Shown here: in pieces, positions 1 through 10,954 of the stretch | Position numbering within the stretch: position 1 is the first letter of the stretch | Layout: every line of letters starts with the position of its first letter | NCBI GenBank assembly: GCA_965197725.1 | Contig: CBDANQ010000054.1 | Location: 1 to 64,000, forward strand | Length of the DNA: 64,000 bases | Direction of reading: 5' to 3' | DNA from: Longimicrobiales bacterium | Lineage (GTDB): Bacteria; Gemmatimonadota; Gemmatimonadetes; Longimicrobiales; Gaopeijiaceae | Program-made: the position numbers and the translations under genes | Notes under the pieces: generated by a model | The model's input: the letters and a program-made list of their open reading frames with translations, nothing else | Databases searched by the model: none | What the model was told of the DNA's origin: nothing

Positions 1-326
1 CGGTTCCCGGCGCCGAGCGCACGGTAGATGCCGCGTCTGTGGATTCGGCACACTCGACCGATGCCGTCGATGCCGGGCGGAGCCTCTTCGACGGCCACGC
101 CCTGCGCGACGAGGGCGCGGACGGCGCGGCGCACCTTTTCGTGGTGGCAACCCAGAAAGCTCGTCCACTGAGCCCGAGTGAACACGCCGCCATGGAGACA
201 GGCCAAGGCGATCCACTCGGCCTGACGGCCCGCCCAGCCAAATCCCTCGAGTGCCCGTTCGCGTCCCCGCAGGTGGACGATGGCTCCGCTCGTCGCCGAG
301 TTGAACTGCTGCTTCAGCGTCTTCAT
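1..326 (-). CDS. Island-associated hypothetical protein, possibly winged-helix replication/relaxase-related; runs off the window edge
   Basis: Not in the ORF track because it has no stop in the window. Manual translation from ATG 326: MKTLKQQFNSATSGAIVHLRGRERALEGFGWAGRQAEWIALACLHGGVFTRAQWTSFLG... Confidence 0.55.
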   Translation of the reverse strand, partial: MKTLKQQFNSATSGAIVHLRGRERALEGFGWAGRQAEWIALACLHGGVFTRAQWTSFLGCHHEKVRRAVRALVAQGVAVEEAPPGIDGIGRVCRIHRRGIYRALGAGN

Positions 327-917
327 GCCCCTAACGGTGAGGAGCCGTTTGCAAGGAAGTCAACCCGTAGAAAACCTCCTAAATACCTGTGGCGTTCAGA
401 GACGTTCAGTACGGTACAGGGGCTGTTGGACACCGCCGCCCAGCGGCTTGCCAAACGCCCCGTCGCCCTTCGCCGAAGGCTCCGTCAATAGGTGCGGATC
501 TCGACCGGACGTCGGCCTGCGCACGAACGATGCTGGGAATCTTCGAACCGGAGTGCCGTGTTCCGGGTCTGCGGCAGTCCGCAGCCGCGTTACTGCGGCA
601 AGATAGCTTGGGCGGGCCTATCTGGACGGGTCACAGCCGAAGCCCTCCCCCGCTGCTTCGGCGGCGTCCGCCGGGCTGGCTCGGAGCACCTTACGGTGCA
701 AGAGCCAGCCTACCCTTTGGGGCCACGCTTCGCGGGTCCCCGGCAGGGGCCTGGCGGGGGCTGTGCCCCTTCGATCCCCCGGACGCCCGCGCTCCGGCGG
801 AGTTCGCGGGCGGGGGGCTCGCCCCCCGTCCCTCTTGCCGGTGCGTCCTGAGTCGCGCGCCACACGAAGGACATATGGCGGCAGGCAGCTGCTGGGGTCG
901 GTTGAGGGGACGCGGGA

Positions 918-1705
918 CTAGGTGTCCCCGGCTCAGTTGAAGGTGGTGACTCGTCGAGGCAAATCAATGATTAACCTCGCCGAGGACTTCATTTCGAGCA
1001 AAGTCCGCGCTCCGAACGGTCATCGCAGGCTGAGCTTTGAGCATCCAGGCAATGTTGGTCCCGAAGCCGACGATGCGTCGCGTAGTTCTTCTCGGTCTCG
1101 CACCGAAGGAGGCAGCATGCCCATCTCAGTCGCCATCGACTCCGTCACTTGCCGAGTTCAGGTCACCCTATGAGGTCTTCGAGCCTCATCGACCTGCGTG
1201 GGTGCTGTCGATCAGGTTCGTCGGTGCCGAGGCACTTCCTCAGCCGAGGCGGTATGCACCTCGTAAGGACTCGGTTGATTGTGAACATCGTCGACCCAGC
1301 CCCTCCCTCAGGCTCGCCTGCAGGCCGAGCAGGAGCTTGATCGCTCGTTCGATAGTCGGCACCGCGCAAAGAGCTGCTTCGCAAGTTTCTGCACGCCGTC
1401 CCTCAGCATCGAGCTTCCATGCTGCGCGGATCGCGGCCTTCACCTGCGGGTGCTGATCCTTCGGTACGGCGGAGCGATGCACGAATATTCTGAGCTTGCT
1501 GAATTTCGGCATCTCTGGACCGAGTGGCCCGACGCCGAACAGGCCTGAACAATCCGGCGCTTCCAAATAACGCCTTCGAGCCGGTCGATCTGCGAACAGC
1601 GAAGTCGACGCTCGGGGTCCAGGGACCCCGCTCGACGCAGCATCCTGCAGCAGGGCCGTCGTCACTTCGGTGTTCTCACTCGCTCCCTGCCGCATCCCCA
1701 GCACG
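918..1705 (-). pseudogene. IS256-family 3' remnant, heavily frameshifted
   Basis: Peptide pieces VLGMRQGASENTEVTTALL, PKDQHPQVKAAIRAAWKLD, PPRLRKCLG and ETEKNY match the intact IS256 at 9615-10904. End sequence ggtgtccc..cagttgaaggtggtg at about 921-948 matches its right IR. Confidence 0.85.
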
Positions 1706-2103
1706 CTGTCTTCGTTAGGCAGGATCGGAGATCCATCAAGAAAGGTAATGTCGGTGAATTCTTGCTCGATGTTGTTCGATCGCTGGGAGACCGACACCTC
1801 CAGGCGCACCTCGCCGAAATCTCGACCGAAGGCGACTTCAAAGGCAGTACCGAGATCCGAGGGAAGGTCGTAAAACCAGCGGTAGCCATCGGGCGTGCCG
1901 CTGCAAAGGTCATTCGGGTAACAGATATTGTCCCGGTTATGGCCCGCCTGCTTCATCACGGGATTCCAGTTCGTCCCGCCGCTCGCGCTCACGTACCACC
2001 CGTAAGACCCCGGCTGTTGACCCGCACCTTGTTCCGCTCGGCCGAGCAGGGTGCAGATCGCAAGCGTGGCTCCGAAGGCGTGTAACTGCCAGGACAAAGG
2101 CAT
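1705..2103 (-). pseudogene. Outer-membrane beta-barrel (opacity/surface-antigen-like) protein, 3' truncated
   Basis: RBS GGAGG, signal peptide MPLSWQLHAFGATLAICTLL, WYVSASGG strand, Cys-pair loop and RLEVS strand. Resembles 11232-12164 and is fused to the IS256 remnant. Confidence 0.65.
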
Positions 2104-2178
2104 TTGAGTCACCTCCAGTTGAGTCCGATGGCCTTCATTTGAGGATACCGCCTCCCAAGGACCCCGATCAAGGGATCC

Positions 2179-3445
2179 TGACCTGCCCCCAAGAGTGGTA
2201 CCACATCCTATGTTAGTCCCAGCACCTGTGGAGGGCCGTGAAGGACGGGCATCCAGGAACCAGGGCGACGGCTTAATCGCCTCAGGGGCCGGGGGAAAGC
2301 CGCCGCAGGCGCTGTGGGGTCGGACGGTATTGTACTCGCGCCTCCATTGCTCGACCAGCACGGCCGCCTCCGCCAACGAGTAGAAGATCTCCCCGTTCAA
2401 CAGCTCGTCCCTGAGCTTGCCGTTGAAGCTCTCGTTGTAGCCGTTCTCCCACGGGCTGCCCGGCTCGATAAAGAGCGTCTCGACGCCCACGCGCCCCAAC
2501 CACCGCCGCACGAGCTTCGCGCTGAACTCCGCTCCGTTGTCCGACCTCAGATACTCGGGAGGCCCGTGTCGGACGAACAGATCGGCCAGCACCTCGAGCA
2601 CGTCGTGCGAGCGGATCTTGCGAGCCACCACGATCGCCAGGCACTCCCTCGTGTGCTCGTCCAGCACTGTCAGCAGCTTCAGCGCACGCCCGTCGTGCGT
2701 CCTCGAGGCCACGAAGTCGTACGACCAGACGTGGCCCCGATACAGCGGCCTCAGCCGGATGCACGATCCGTCGTTGAGCCACAGCCGACCTCGCTTCGGC
2801 TGCCGCTGCGGGACCTTCAGCCCCTCCTGCCTCCAGATCCGCTCCACCCGCTTGTGGTGCACCCCCCAGCCCTCGATGCGGAGCATGTCCGTGACGCGTC
2901 GGTAGCCGTAGCGGCCGAATCGACTCGCGAGTCGCACGATATCACCTCGGAGCGCCCCCTCGTCACTCGCCACTTTCCTCGCCCGACGCTGGGTCGTGCG
3001 TGGCTGCCCGAGCACCCGGCACGCTCTCCTCTCCGACGCCCCGAGCTGCTGACGTACACGCACCACACAACGTCGTCGGCGCTCGGGGCTCAGAAGTTTC
3101 CCTCGGCCGCTTCCTCTAGGATCAGCTTGTCCAGTGTCAAGTCCGCCACTGCTCGCTTCAGGCGCCCGTTCTCGCGCTCGAGCTCCTTCAGGCGCCGTGC
3201 CTGGCTCACCTTCATCCCGCCGTACTCCCGCCTCCACCGGTAGTACGTCTGCTCGGTGATGCCGAGCTCCCGGCTGATCAGCTTCACGGATTTGCCGCGG
3301 GCCAGACCGACCTCTGCCTCCCGCAGTGCAGTGATGATCTGCTCCGGAGTGGGTCGCTTCCTTCCCATCCTGACCTCCTCGCTGAAAAGCTTCAGACCAG
3401 TCGATCCTAACATTGCACCTGGTCTCGTTTCAGCGGGTCAGGTCA
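2179..3445 (-). mobile_element. IS3-family element (IS407-like)
   Basis: IRs TGACCTGCCCCC (2179) and CGGGTCAGGTCA (3434-3445). OrfA 3090-3368 is an HTH. GGGAAAC slippery site at about 3096-3102. OrfB DDE motifs: WSYDF, RSDNG, ENGYNESFNGKLRDE. No target duplication. Confidence 0.92.
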
Positions 3446-3676
3446 GCCAGAGCAATCGAAGCCCAGGGCTTTGCCGTAGCGCCCGTGCGCCTGGTGAACC
3501 GCGTGGCGTACGCCCGCTCACTCATGGTCGGTCAAGTCGCCCAGGAGTTTCGCCCGAACGACAAGGCCGCGAAGGAGATCACTGCCCTGCACGCCTTCAT
3601 GTGTATACACCTGTACGCTTCTCGAAAGAAGACGCGAACCGATGGCCGGAAAGCCAAGCTTCGAAGAGGTGCTTAG
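3446..3676 (+). pseudogene. ParA/ParF-type ATPase C-terminal fragment
   Basis: RLVNRVAYARSLMVGQVAQEFRPNDKAAKEITAL is a typical ParA C-terminus. The 5' part is missing at the IS end. Confidence 0.7.
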
Positions 3677-3878
3677 CAAGAGGAAGCCCGCTAATGAAGA
3701 ACCGAAAGGGCCCAAGCGGAGCAGAGGAGGGACCTCGACGCTCAAACCCTCACGGACGGGCACCAAGCACATCGGCGGCCATTTCCCACCCGAGGTTGCG
3801 AAACAGCTACGCCAGCTCGCCGTAGACGAAGACACGTCCCATCAGAAGCTCTTAGGCGAAGCGCTTGATTGGAGTTAG
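3642..3878 (+). pseudogene. Ribbon-helix-helix partition/DNA-binding protein (ParG-like), cut by an IS at 3870
   Basis: KHIGGHFPPEVAKQLRQLAVDEDTSHQKLLGEALD fits an RHH pattern and lies directly downstream of the parA fragment. Confidence 0.7.
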
Positions 3879-4730
3879 CCCCTGACGGTGGACACCTATT
3901 CTCTTTAGAGAGAGGAGTCCACGATGCCAAGAACGAGACCGCCGTATTCGTTGGAGTTCCGCCAGCAGATGGTGGAGCTGGTCAAAGCAGGTCGCACGCC
4001 TGAGGAGCTGAGTCGGGAGTTTGAGCCCACAGCGCAGACGATCCACAATTGGGTGAAGCAGACGGACCTCGACACGGGAGTCAGAAGCGACGGCCTGACG
4101 TCGTCAGAGCGCGAGGAGCTCCGCGAGCTTCGGCGTGAGAACAAGCGGCTTCGTGTCGAGCGGGAGATCCTAAAAAAAGCCGCGGCCTGGTTCGCTCAGG
4201 AGTCCGACTCGGTGCCCCCGAAGCGTTCGAGTTCGTGAGGGCCAACCAGGCCGAGTTCAGCGTGCAGATGATGTGCGAAGTCCTGAGCGTCTCGCCCAGC
4301 GGGTACTACGCATGGAGAAAGCGTCCTCCATCGCATCGCGCGGTCGAGAACGAGCGACTGCTAGGTCGGATGCGTGAGATCCACACGTTCAGCCGTGAGA
4401 CGTATGGCCAGCCACGGATGTACGCCGAGCTCAGGGACGACGGCTGGCAGGTCAACCACAAGCGGGTGCGTCGTCTGATGAGGCTGGCAGGACTACAAGG
4501 CGCTACGCGGCGAAGGAAGTGGCGCACGACGAAGCGAAACAGAGATGCTCGACCTGCCCCCGATCTCGTCGCGCGCGACTTCAGTGTGCACGGCCCGGAC
4601 CAGCTCTGGGTTGCCGACATCACCTACGTGCCGACCTGGAGCGGCTTCTTGTACCTGTCAGTCGTCGTCGATGCGTGGAGCCGCCATGTGGTCGGATGGT
4701 CGATGAAGACGCATCTCAAGACCGATCTCG
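3870..4730 (+). mobile_element. IS3-family element, 3' truncated
   Basis: Left IR TGGAGTTAGCCCCTGACGGTGGACA. OrfA 3924-4238. A7G slippery site at 4172-4179. OrfB (WVADITY, YLSVVVD) loses homology after HLKTDL. Confidence 0.88.
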
Positions 4731-4978
4731 GTTGCCACCAGCGAGAGTGCTCCGGCTTGCAGGATCGACCGCACGCGGTGCTTGGTCTCCCGGTACGCCA
4801 AGAGGATCAAGTGCAGTATGATGTAGCTGCCCAGTGTACCGCCCAGAATCTGCGCCATCTGCGCCACCGTTATCTCCTCCGCGTAGGGGTTGCGGACGGC
4901 GCCCTTCGGGAGGCTGTCGCCGTCGAAGGTTTTCTTCCAGAGCGGTTCCAGGTCGATGATGTCGTCCCACGTATACAT
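4730..4978 (-). pseudogene. Hypothetical protein, 3' end lost at the junction with the IS3 fragment
   Basis: RBS-like GGGGGA before ATG 4978; protein-like composition; no family recognised. Confidence 0.3.
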
Positions 4979-5517
4979 ACGTCCCCCTACGCCAGGGTGT
5001 TACGGGAGTTCCTTCATCTTCGCCCTGCTCTCAGAGCCCCGTAGGCGAGACTTCCGTGGCCGTGCCCTACCCTGGGGTTGGGGGAAAATGGGACGGACGG
5101 GCGCGCTCAACCCCCGTAGTACTGCGCCACGGCACCACGGGCGGCAAGCTCGCCCCGTGCGTGGTGGCCTCACCCCTGTCGGCGCGGAGAAGTCCGCTCT
5201 GACGGGCTCTGAGAGAGGCTTCCAGGGCCTCCGGGCAGCCGCGTGTTCTTTTTCTCGCATCCTCCAGCCTGTGTGACCCACCCTCCGGGGTCTGTCTCTC
5301 GGGAAACGCGCTTACAGGTCAACCTCGCGCGTCGATCGACGCCAGCGGCGGCGGCGCGGCGCTCCGGAGGCCACCTGCAGGAGCTCCATTTCCTGCGTCG
5401 CGGCAGGTGTCCGCCGCAGCTGGCACTCGCGGGCCTGGCCCACACCCGCATCTTCGAGGCGGAGGCCGGCGAGGGGGACCGGCGACGCTGAGGTCGTGGA
5501 GAGAAAAGGTCACTTTA

Positions 5518-5545
5518 TTGATATGTTCCCCGTTTGGGGTACATT
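5518..5545 (+). promoter_or_regulatory. Sigma70-like promoter with palindromic operator for the TA operon
   Basis: TTGATA-N16-TACATT with the inverted repeat TGTTCCCC-gttt-GGGGTACA (5524-5543) in the spacer. Confidence 0.6.
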
Positions 5546-5575
5546 ATTAGCAAACAAGACGGGGAGGTGCCCAAA

Positions 5576-5833
5576 ATGGCCAAGACCGAAATGATCCGGG
5601 CCCGCGTTGAACCGGAGTTGAAGAGCCAGGCCGAAGAGGTCTTCTCCGGGCTCGGTTTGTCGCCAACCGCAGCGATCACGCTGTTCTATCGCCAGGTAAC
5701 GCTGCATCACGGCTTGCCGTTCGCTGTGAAGGTTCCCAATGCCGAGACCATCGCAGCGTTGCGGCAGGCCCGCACCGGAGAGGGACTCACCGAATACACC
5801 AGCCTGGAGGATCTCAAAGCCCGGCACGGTTGA
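5576..5833 (+). CDS. dinJ: Type II antitoxin, RelB/DinJ family
   Basis: MAKTEMIRARVEPELKSQAEEVFSGLGLSPTAAITLFYRQV..GLPF..PNAETIAAL. Confidence 0.9.
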   Translation: MAKTEMIRARVEPELKSQAEEVFSGLGLSPTAAITLFYRQVTLHHGLPFAVKVPNAETIAALRQARTGEGLTEYTSLEDLKARHG

Positions 5834-5838
5834 TCCCA

Positions 5839-6105
5839 ATGCGCCTGCTTACCACGAAGCGATTCGAGAAGGATCTCAAGCCTGGCAGAAAGCGCGGCAA
5901 GGATCTCGACAAGCTCTGGAGTGTCGTGGAGCGACTTCTGTCGAATCAGCCTCTCGACCCACGACATCGGAAGCATCGGTTGACCGGGGACTGGTCTCCC
6001 TGCTGGGAATGTCACATCGAACCGGACTGGCTGTTGGTCTGGGACCAGGGGGACGATGCTCTCATCCTGGTTCGGACTGGAACCCATACCGATTTGTTCG
6101 ATTGA
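5839..6105 (+). CDS. yafQ: Type II toxin, YafQ family mRNA interferase
   Basis: TKRFEKDLK..HRLTGDW..WECHIEPDWLLVW..LVRTGTHTDLF. Confidence 0.92.
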   Translation: MRLLTTKRFEKDLKPGRKRGKDLDKLWSVVERLLSNQPLDPRHRKHRLTGDWSPCWECHIEPDWLLVWDQGDDALILVRTGTHTDLFD

Positions 6106-6445
6106 TCTGGCGCTCTTCAGCGGCTGGGGCCAGAGTCCCGCTCCGATCCATCGCCCCGGCTTTGGAAGTTCTCCTAGCTTCGCCGAACCGGCGCGCGAGA
6201 GATACACGCTCGCGCCGGTGACGCCGCTCCAGATCCTCCCGCCACCGCTGCTGCTGCCACTGTTCCCGGTACAATGCGCTCCTCTGCCCGCTGCCACGCC
6301 ACCTTCCGCCGCCTCGCGAGCTCCGCCGCGGCCGGGATACGGTCATCGGCGGCAGGGACCGTCAGCCACGTATAGACACGGTCAAGGGGGCCGCCCCACC
6401 GGCCTTACGGCCAATCGGGTGGGCCAGGGGCCAAGCATTCCGCGT

Positions 6446-8002
6446 ATGCGCTTTCTGATACTAGCGGCCGCGTTAGCCTGCACCGCCTCGCCCGCGCTCG
6501 GGCAAGTCCGGCAGGAACTCCGTGAACGGGGTGAACCGGTCCCGGTTTCCTGGACAAGTGGGCGGCGTAATCAGGCCGCCATGCGGGTGAGCTGCTCGCG
6601 GACCTCGGCCGGGGTCTTGTGGCCGTGCCGCTCGATGAGCCAACCGCGGTTGTAACGCTCGATGAAACCTCCGATCACCGTCCTCGCCTCCTCCAGGCTC
6701 TCAAAGTCGTGCAGGTAGAGGCACTCTTCCTTCAACGTCCTGATGAACCGCTCGATCACGCCGTTGCACTCGGGCTCGCCGACGTAGGAGGCCGTCGAGC
6801 GGATGCCGAGCCAGGCGAGTTCGCCCTGGAATTGGTGTGCGGTGTACTGGGGACCCCAGTCGTGTCGTAGCCCGAGGCGTAGCCCGAGGCCGAGCGCGAT
6901 CTTCGGAGCGTAGCCGTCCATGTAGGTCCTCACACCCTGACGGATCGGCTCGAGCGCCGCCCACCGGTCACCCTTCTTCGCGACGTGCCAGCCGACGACA
7001 TCGCTCACGCAGTGGTCGACGGCCCCGAAGAACCAGCACCAGCCGTCGGCCTTCGTATAGAATCTGGTCGCATCCGTGCCCCACAGCTCGTTGGGCGTGT
7101 CCGTCGTGATTCGGCCGCTGTGGCTGCGGTCGCCCCGGGGATGCCTTCCCTTACGCACCGGCGCCAGGAGTCGGTTCTCTCGCATGAGCCTCAGCACCCT
7201 GTTCTTGCCCACCCAGATCCCCTTGGGCCGCAGCCGTACCCTCACCTTCCGGTGCCCCTCGCCGAGGAAGTCGCTCTCCTCGAGTACCTGCCGGATCTCT
7301 TCCACCAAGGCCTCGTCGCTCAGCTCCGTTTTGGGGCCCCGCTTCTTCGGCTCCCTCGACTCATCGTTGCCTCGCTCCTCAGCCTGGTAGACCGTCGAGC
7401 GAGCGATGCTCCAGACCTCGCAGATCATCGTCAGCGGGTAGCGCCGTCCCGTCGCCGGACTCATTCGCTGCCGCGCTTCAAGAGCTTCTTCAGGTCGTCC
7501 CCGTAGCCCCTTTTTTCGAGGAGCTCGCTCGCGAGCTCCATCCGCATCGTCACCTCGCCCAGCTTCGCCCGGGTCCGGATCAGCTCACGTTCCCCGGGAT
7601 CGCGGCTACGGCGTTTCAGACCTTGCTGACCTCCCTCCAGGAACACGCGCCGCCATTCCTCGAGCTCCGCAGGCGAGACCTGGACCTCACGGCTCACTTC
7701 GCCCAGGTCCTCCCCGCGTAGCAGTCGCAGCACCACCTCCGTCTTCTGCCCCGCGCTCCAACGCTTGGGCAGCTCCGCCCTTCCTTCACGACCTTCGGTC
7801 GCTTTCGACTCCCCAGGCTTGGGAGACATCAAAACACCCCCTCTCTCTGGACCCCATCGTCGCTGCCAATCTACTGTCCAGAGAAATCGGGGGCGCTAAA
7901 CGGGGCAAGCTGGGGAACGTCTCGGCCCAAACCCGCCTCGAACTCATGTACGATCTCGGCCGTGACGGTACCGCAGAACGATGCGGAGGGCCGTGAGCTG
8001 GA
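6446..8002 (+). pseudogene. Secreted Sel1-like repeat protein, split by an IS and frameshifted
   Basis: Signal peptide MRFLILAAALACTASPALG before the IS. After the IS: KLGNVSAQTRLELMYDLGRD, then in shifted frames VPQNDAE and AVSW, matching the Sel1 consensus. Confidence 0.6.
6532..7900 (-). mobile_element. IS3-family element with 5-bp target duplication CGGGG
   Basis: OrfA 7461-7832 (HTH). OrfB 6571-7464 (WGTD, RHDWG, NGVIERFIRTLKEE). A6G site at about 7507-7516. Imperfect IRs ending CTGGACA. CGGGG at 6527-6531 and 7901-7905. Confidence 0.9.
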
Positions 8003-8181
8003 AGCGGATCCTGATTGGCGCCGGGATCGGATTCGCCGCTGGATTCGGGATCCTCGGCACCTGGAAGCTTTCCCGCAAACGCCGAGAATCGAGTCAGTTT
8101 TCAGGGGTCGCGCCAGCGGCTCGTCCGTCTAATTCCCTAGGTGTAGGCCCAGGCACGCGCCAGCGGTCTCGAAGCACCGGT

Positions 8182-9483
8182 CTACGTAGCAGCGCTGGCA
8201 GTGAAACTCTTCTCGACCACGGCGGCACCGATAGAATCGCCACAGACGTTCACCGCGGTCCTGAAGCGGTCCAGGAGCCAGTCGACAGACAGAATCAAGC
8301 CGATGTATTCCACGGGCAAACCGACCGCATTGAGGACGATCACCATGGTGACCAGGCCGGCTTCCGGAATCCCTGCCGCTCCGATCGCCGCCATTGTCGC
8401 CGTCACCGCTATCACCAGCTGGTCTGCGAGCGACAGATCGAAACCGAGAGCCTGCGCGATGAAGATCGCCGCGGCCGCCTCGTACAGGGCGGTCCCGTCC
8501 ATGTTGATCGTAGCGCCGAGTGGCAACACGAAATCCGCCGACTGTTTGGACACATCTGCGTTCTTGACCGCGCACTCCATCGTGATCGGAAGTGTTGCGC
8601 TCGAGCTGGCCGTCGAGAACGCCGTGAGTAGCGCCTCGGACATCCGGTACATGAACCGGAAGGGATTCCTGCGGGTGAACATCCAGTAGATAAGTGGGAG
8701 GGTTAGGAGCACATGGGTCCCCAGGCCAGCCAGGACGGTCACAAAGTAGGCCCCGGTCTGGCCCACGACATCGAGGAGAACGCCCTCCAGTTGGGCTTGT
8801 CCGAATCGCGCCGTGACGAGACAGAAAATCCCTAGTGGCGCGACCTTCATCAGCAGCAGGATGAAGGACAGCATTGCGTTGTTGATCTGGAGAATCATCT
8901 CCGTGAGCGCATGCACCTTGCTGCCCATTGTCGTCAGCATGCCGGCAAAGATTATGGAGAAGAAAATGAGCGGCAGCAGGCTACTCTCGGCGGCTGCGAG
9001 AAACAGATTGTCGGTAAACAGCATCAGCGCCAGGTTGCTTAGGATCGAGCCCAAGCCCTCGTCCTCGCGACCTGCCGTGATCTCCTGGCCTTGCGCCGCC
9101 ATGGTCTCCAGCGTATCCGCATCGATCGCGCCGATGCCCGGTTGGATGACGTTGACCATGATCAGGCCCACGATGACCGCCATCACCGTCGTGGTCAGGT
9201 AGTAGGCGATCGCAAACCCGCCCGGCCGCCCCAGTTTGCGGATGTCCCCGAGACCGATGATGCCGCTCATCACGCTCGCGACGACCAACGGAACGACCAT
9301 CATCAGAAGCAGGCGCAGGAAGATCTCGCCGCCCAGTTCAAATTGGACGGCGACCTGCGGAGCCGTAACCGCGAGCCCGACAGCAGCCACGATGGCAATG
9401 CCGATATACAGGGTCAGACGGCTTTTCTTACGCTTCGGTACCTGGGCATTGGGTGGTGCGCTGGGTGTGTCCGGCAGACTCAT
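8182..9483 (-). CDS. Dicarboxylate/amino acid:cation symporter (DAACS, GltP/GltT-like)
   Basis: FSTASSSATLP and PLGATINMDGTALYE motifs; multiple TM segments. Confidence 0.93.
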   Translation of the reverse strand: MSLPDTPSAPPNAQVPKRKKSRLTLYIGIAIVAAVGLAVTAPQVAVQFELGGEIFLRLLLMMVVPLVVASVMSGIIGLGDIRKLGRPGGFAIAYYLTTTVMAVIVGLIMVNVIQPGIGAIDADTLETMAAQGQEITAGREDEGLGSILSNLALMLFTDNLFLAAAESSLLPLIFFSIIFAGMLTTMGSKVHALTEMILQINNAMLSFILLLMKVAPLGIFCLVTARFGQAQLEGVLLDVVGQTGAYFVTVLAGLGTHVLLTLPLIYWMFTRRNPFRFMYRMSEALLTAFSTASSSATLPITMECAVKNADVSKQSADFVLPLGATINMDGTALYEAAAAIFIAQALGFDLSLADQLVIAVTATMAAIGAAGIPEAGLVTMVIVLNAVGLPVEYIGLILSVDWLLDRFRTAVNVCGDSIGAAVVEKSFTASAAT

Positions 9484-9497
9484 GTGTCTTTTCTTGG

Positions 9498-10954
9498 GAA
9501 GCTGTCCCAACCGTAGTTGAAGGTCCCTGATAGGGGAGAAAGAAAAGTGGTGGCTCCGGGGGTCCCGGGCCGATAGGCTCGGGTAGGCAAAAACCCCAAC
9601 ACGGAGCCACCACGATGAAGAGAACGTACGAGGTAAGGGATCGGGCGGACAAGCGCGCGATCAGGGAGTTCCTGAAGCGGGAGGGGCAGTTTCTGCTTCC
9701 GATGCTTGAGCTCGTGGAGCAGACGGAGGTCGCGATCGACGAAGTCATCCAGGTGATGGGACGAGCGACGATCGAAGCGGTGCTGGAGATGAGCGCCGAG
9801 GGTGTGGCAGGCGTGAAGCAGGCAGGTCGGTCACGAGCGGAAGACGACACGGTGTGGTATGGCCGGCAGGGTGGTGTGGTTTACCTGTCGGACCGGAAGG
9901 TGCGTGTGGAGCGGCCACGGCTCAGGCGCCGGGGCGCCGGGGAGGGTGGCGAGGTCGAGGTGCCGGCGTACGCAGCGATGCGGAGACCGGGCGCCGTGGC
10001 GGATCGGATGCTCGAGGTCCTGATGGCGGGGGTGAGCACGCGAAAGTACGGCCGTGTGATCGGTGAGATGGCCGACACGGTCGGGGTGAGCAAGTCGGCG
10101 GTGAGCCGTGAGACGGTCGAGGCCTCGGAGCGCGTGCTGAAGGAGCTGATGGAGCGCCGGCTGGATGCGTGGGACCTCCTGGTGATCTACCTGGACGGGA
10201 TCCAGATGGGCTCGCACCACGTGCTTGCTGCGGTAGGCGTGGACTCAGACGGAAAGAAGCACGTGCTGGGCGTGAGGGAAGGAGCGAGTGAGAACGCCGA
10301 GGTGACCAGCGCGCTCCTAGAGGATCTGGTCGAGCGCGGCCTGGACCCGGGCAGGCGGCGGCTGTTCGTGATCGATGGCTCGAAAGCGCTCAGGAAGGCG
10401 ATCGAGCAGGTGTTCGGCCAACGTCACCCCATCCAGCGCTGCCGCAACCACAAGCTCTGCAACGTGCTGGGTCATCTGCCGAAGGATCAGCATCCTCAGG
10501 TGAAGGCGGCGTTCCGGGCGGCGATGAAGCTGGACGCGAAGCAGGGCGAGCAGAAGCTCGAGCAGCTCGCCCGATGGCTCGAGCGCGACCACCCCTCGGC
10601 CTCGGCCAGCCTGCGCGAAGGCCTCAGCGAGATGTTCACCATAAACCGGCTCGGCCTCCCACCGCGGCTGAGGAAGTGCCTGGGCTCGACCAACCTGATC
10701 GACAGCACCCACTCGGGCGTAAGACGGAAGACCCGCAGGGTGACTAACTGGAAGAACGGAGCGATGGCCTTGCGCTGGGCTGCGGCCTCGTTCGTGGAAA
10801 CCGAGAAGAGCTACCGGAGGATCATCGGCTACGACCAGCTCTGGATGCTCAGGGCCCACCTCGACGACCATGAACCGGTTGCCGAAATGAGAAAGACAGG
10901 CTAACCAAGAGACTCTCCGGCGCCACCACCTTCAACTGTCAGCGGGACACCATC
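9498..10954 (+). mobile_element. IS256-family element, copy 1 (transposase 9615-10904)
   Basis: Mutator-type DDE motifs YLDG, VIDG, QRCRNHK, STNLID. IRs GAAGCTGTCCC..GTTGAAGG and CCTTCAAC..GGGACACCATC. 8-bp TSD TTTCTTGG at 9490-9497 and 10955-10962. Confidence 0.96.

Noticed and set aside
1240..3237. 665-aa ORF as a novel transposase-OMP fusion
   Set aside because: It is a chance in-frame read-through of IS3 orfB, a truncated barrel gene and an IS256 remnant, each with its own boundaries.
4235..5044. 269-aa full IS3 OrfB
   Set aside because: Homology stops near 4730; the rest is antisense to another fragment and lacks the remaining DDE residues.
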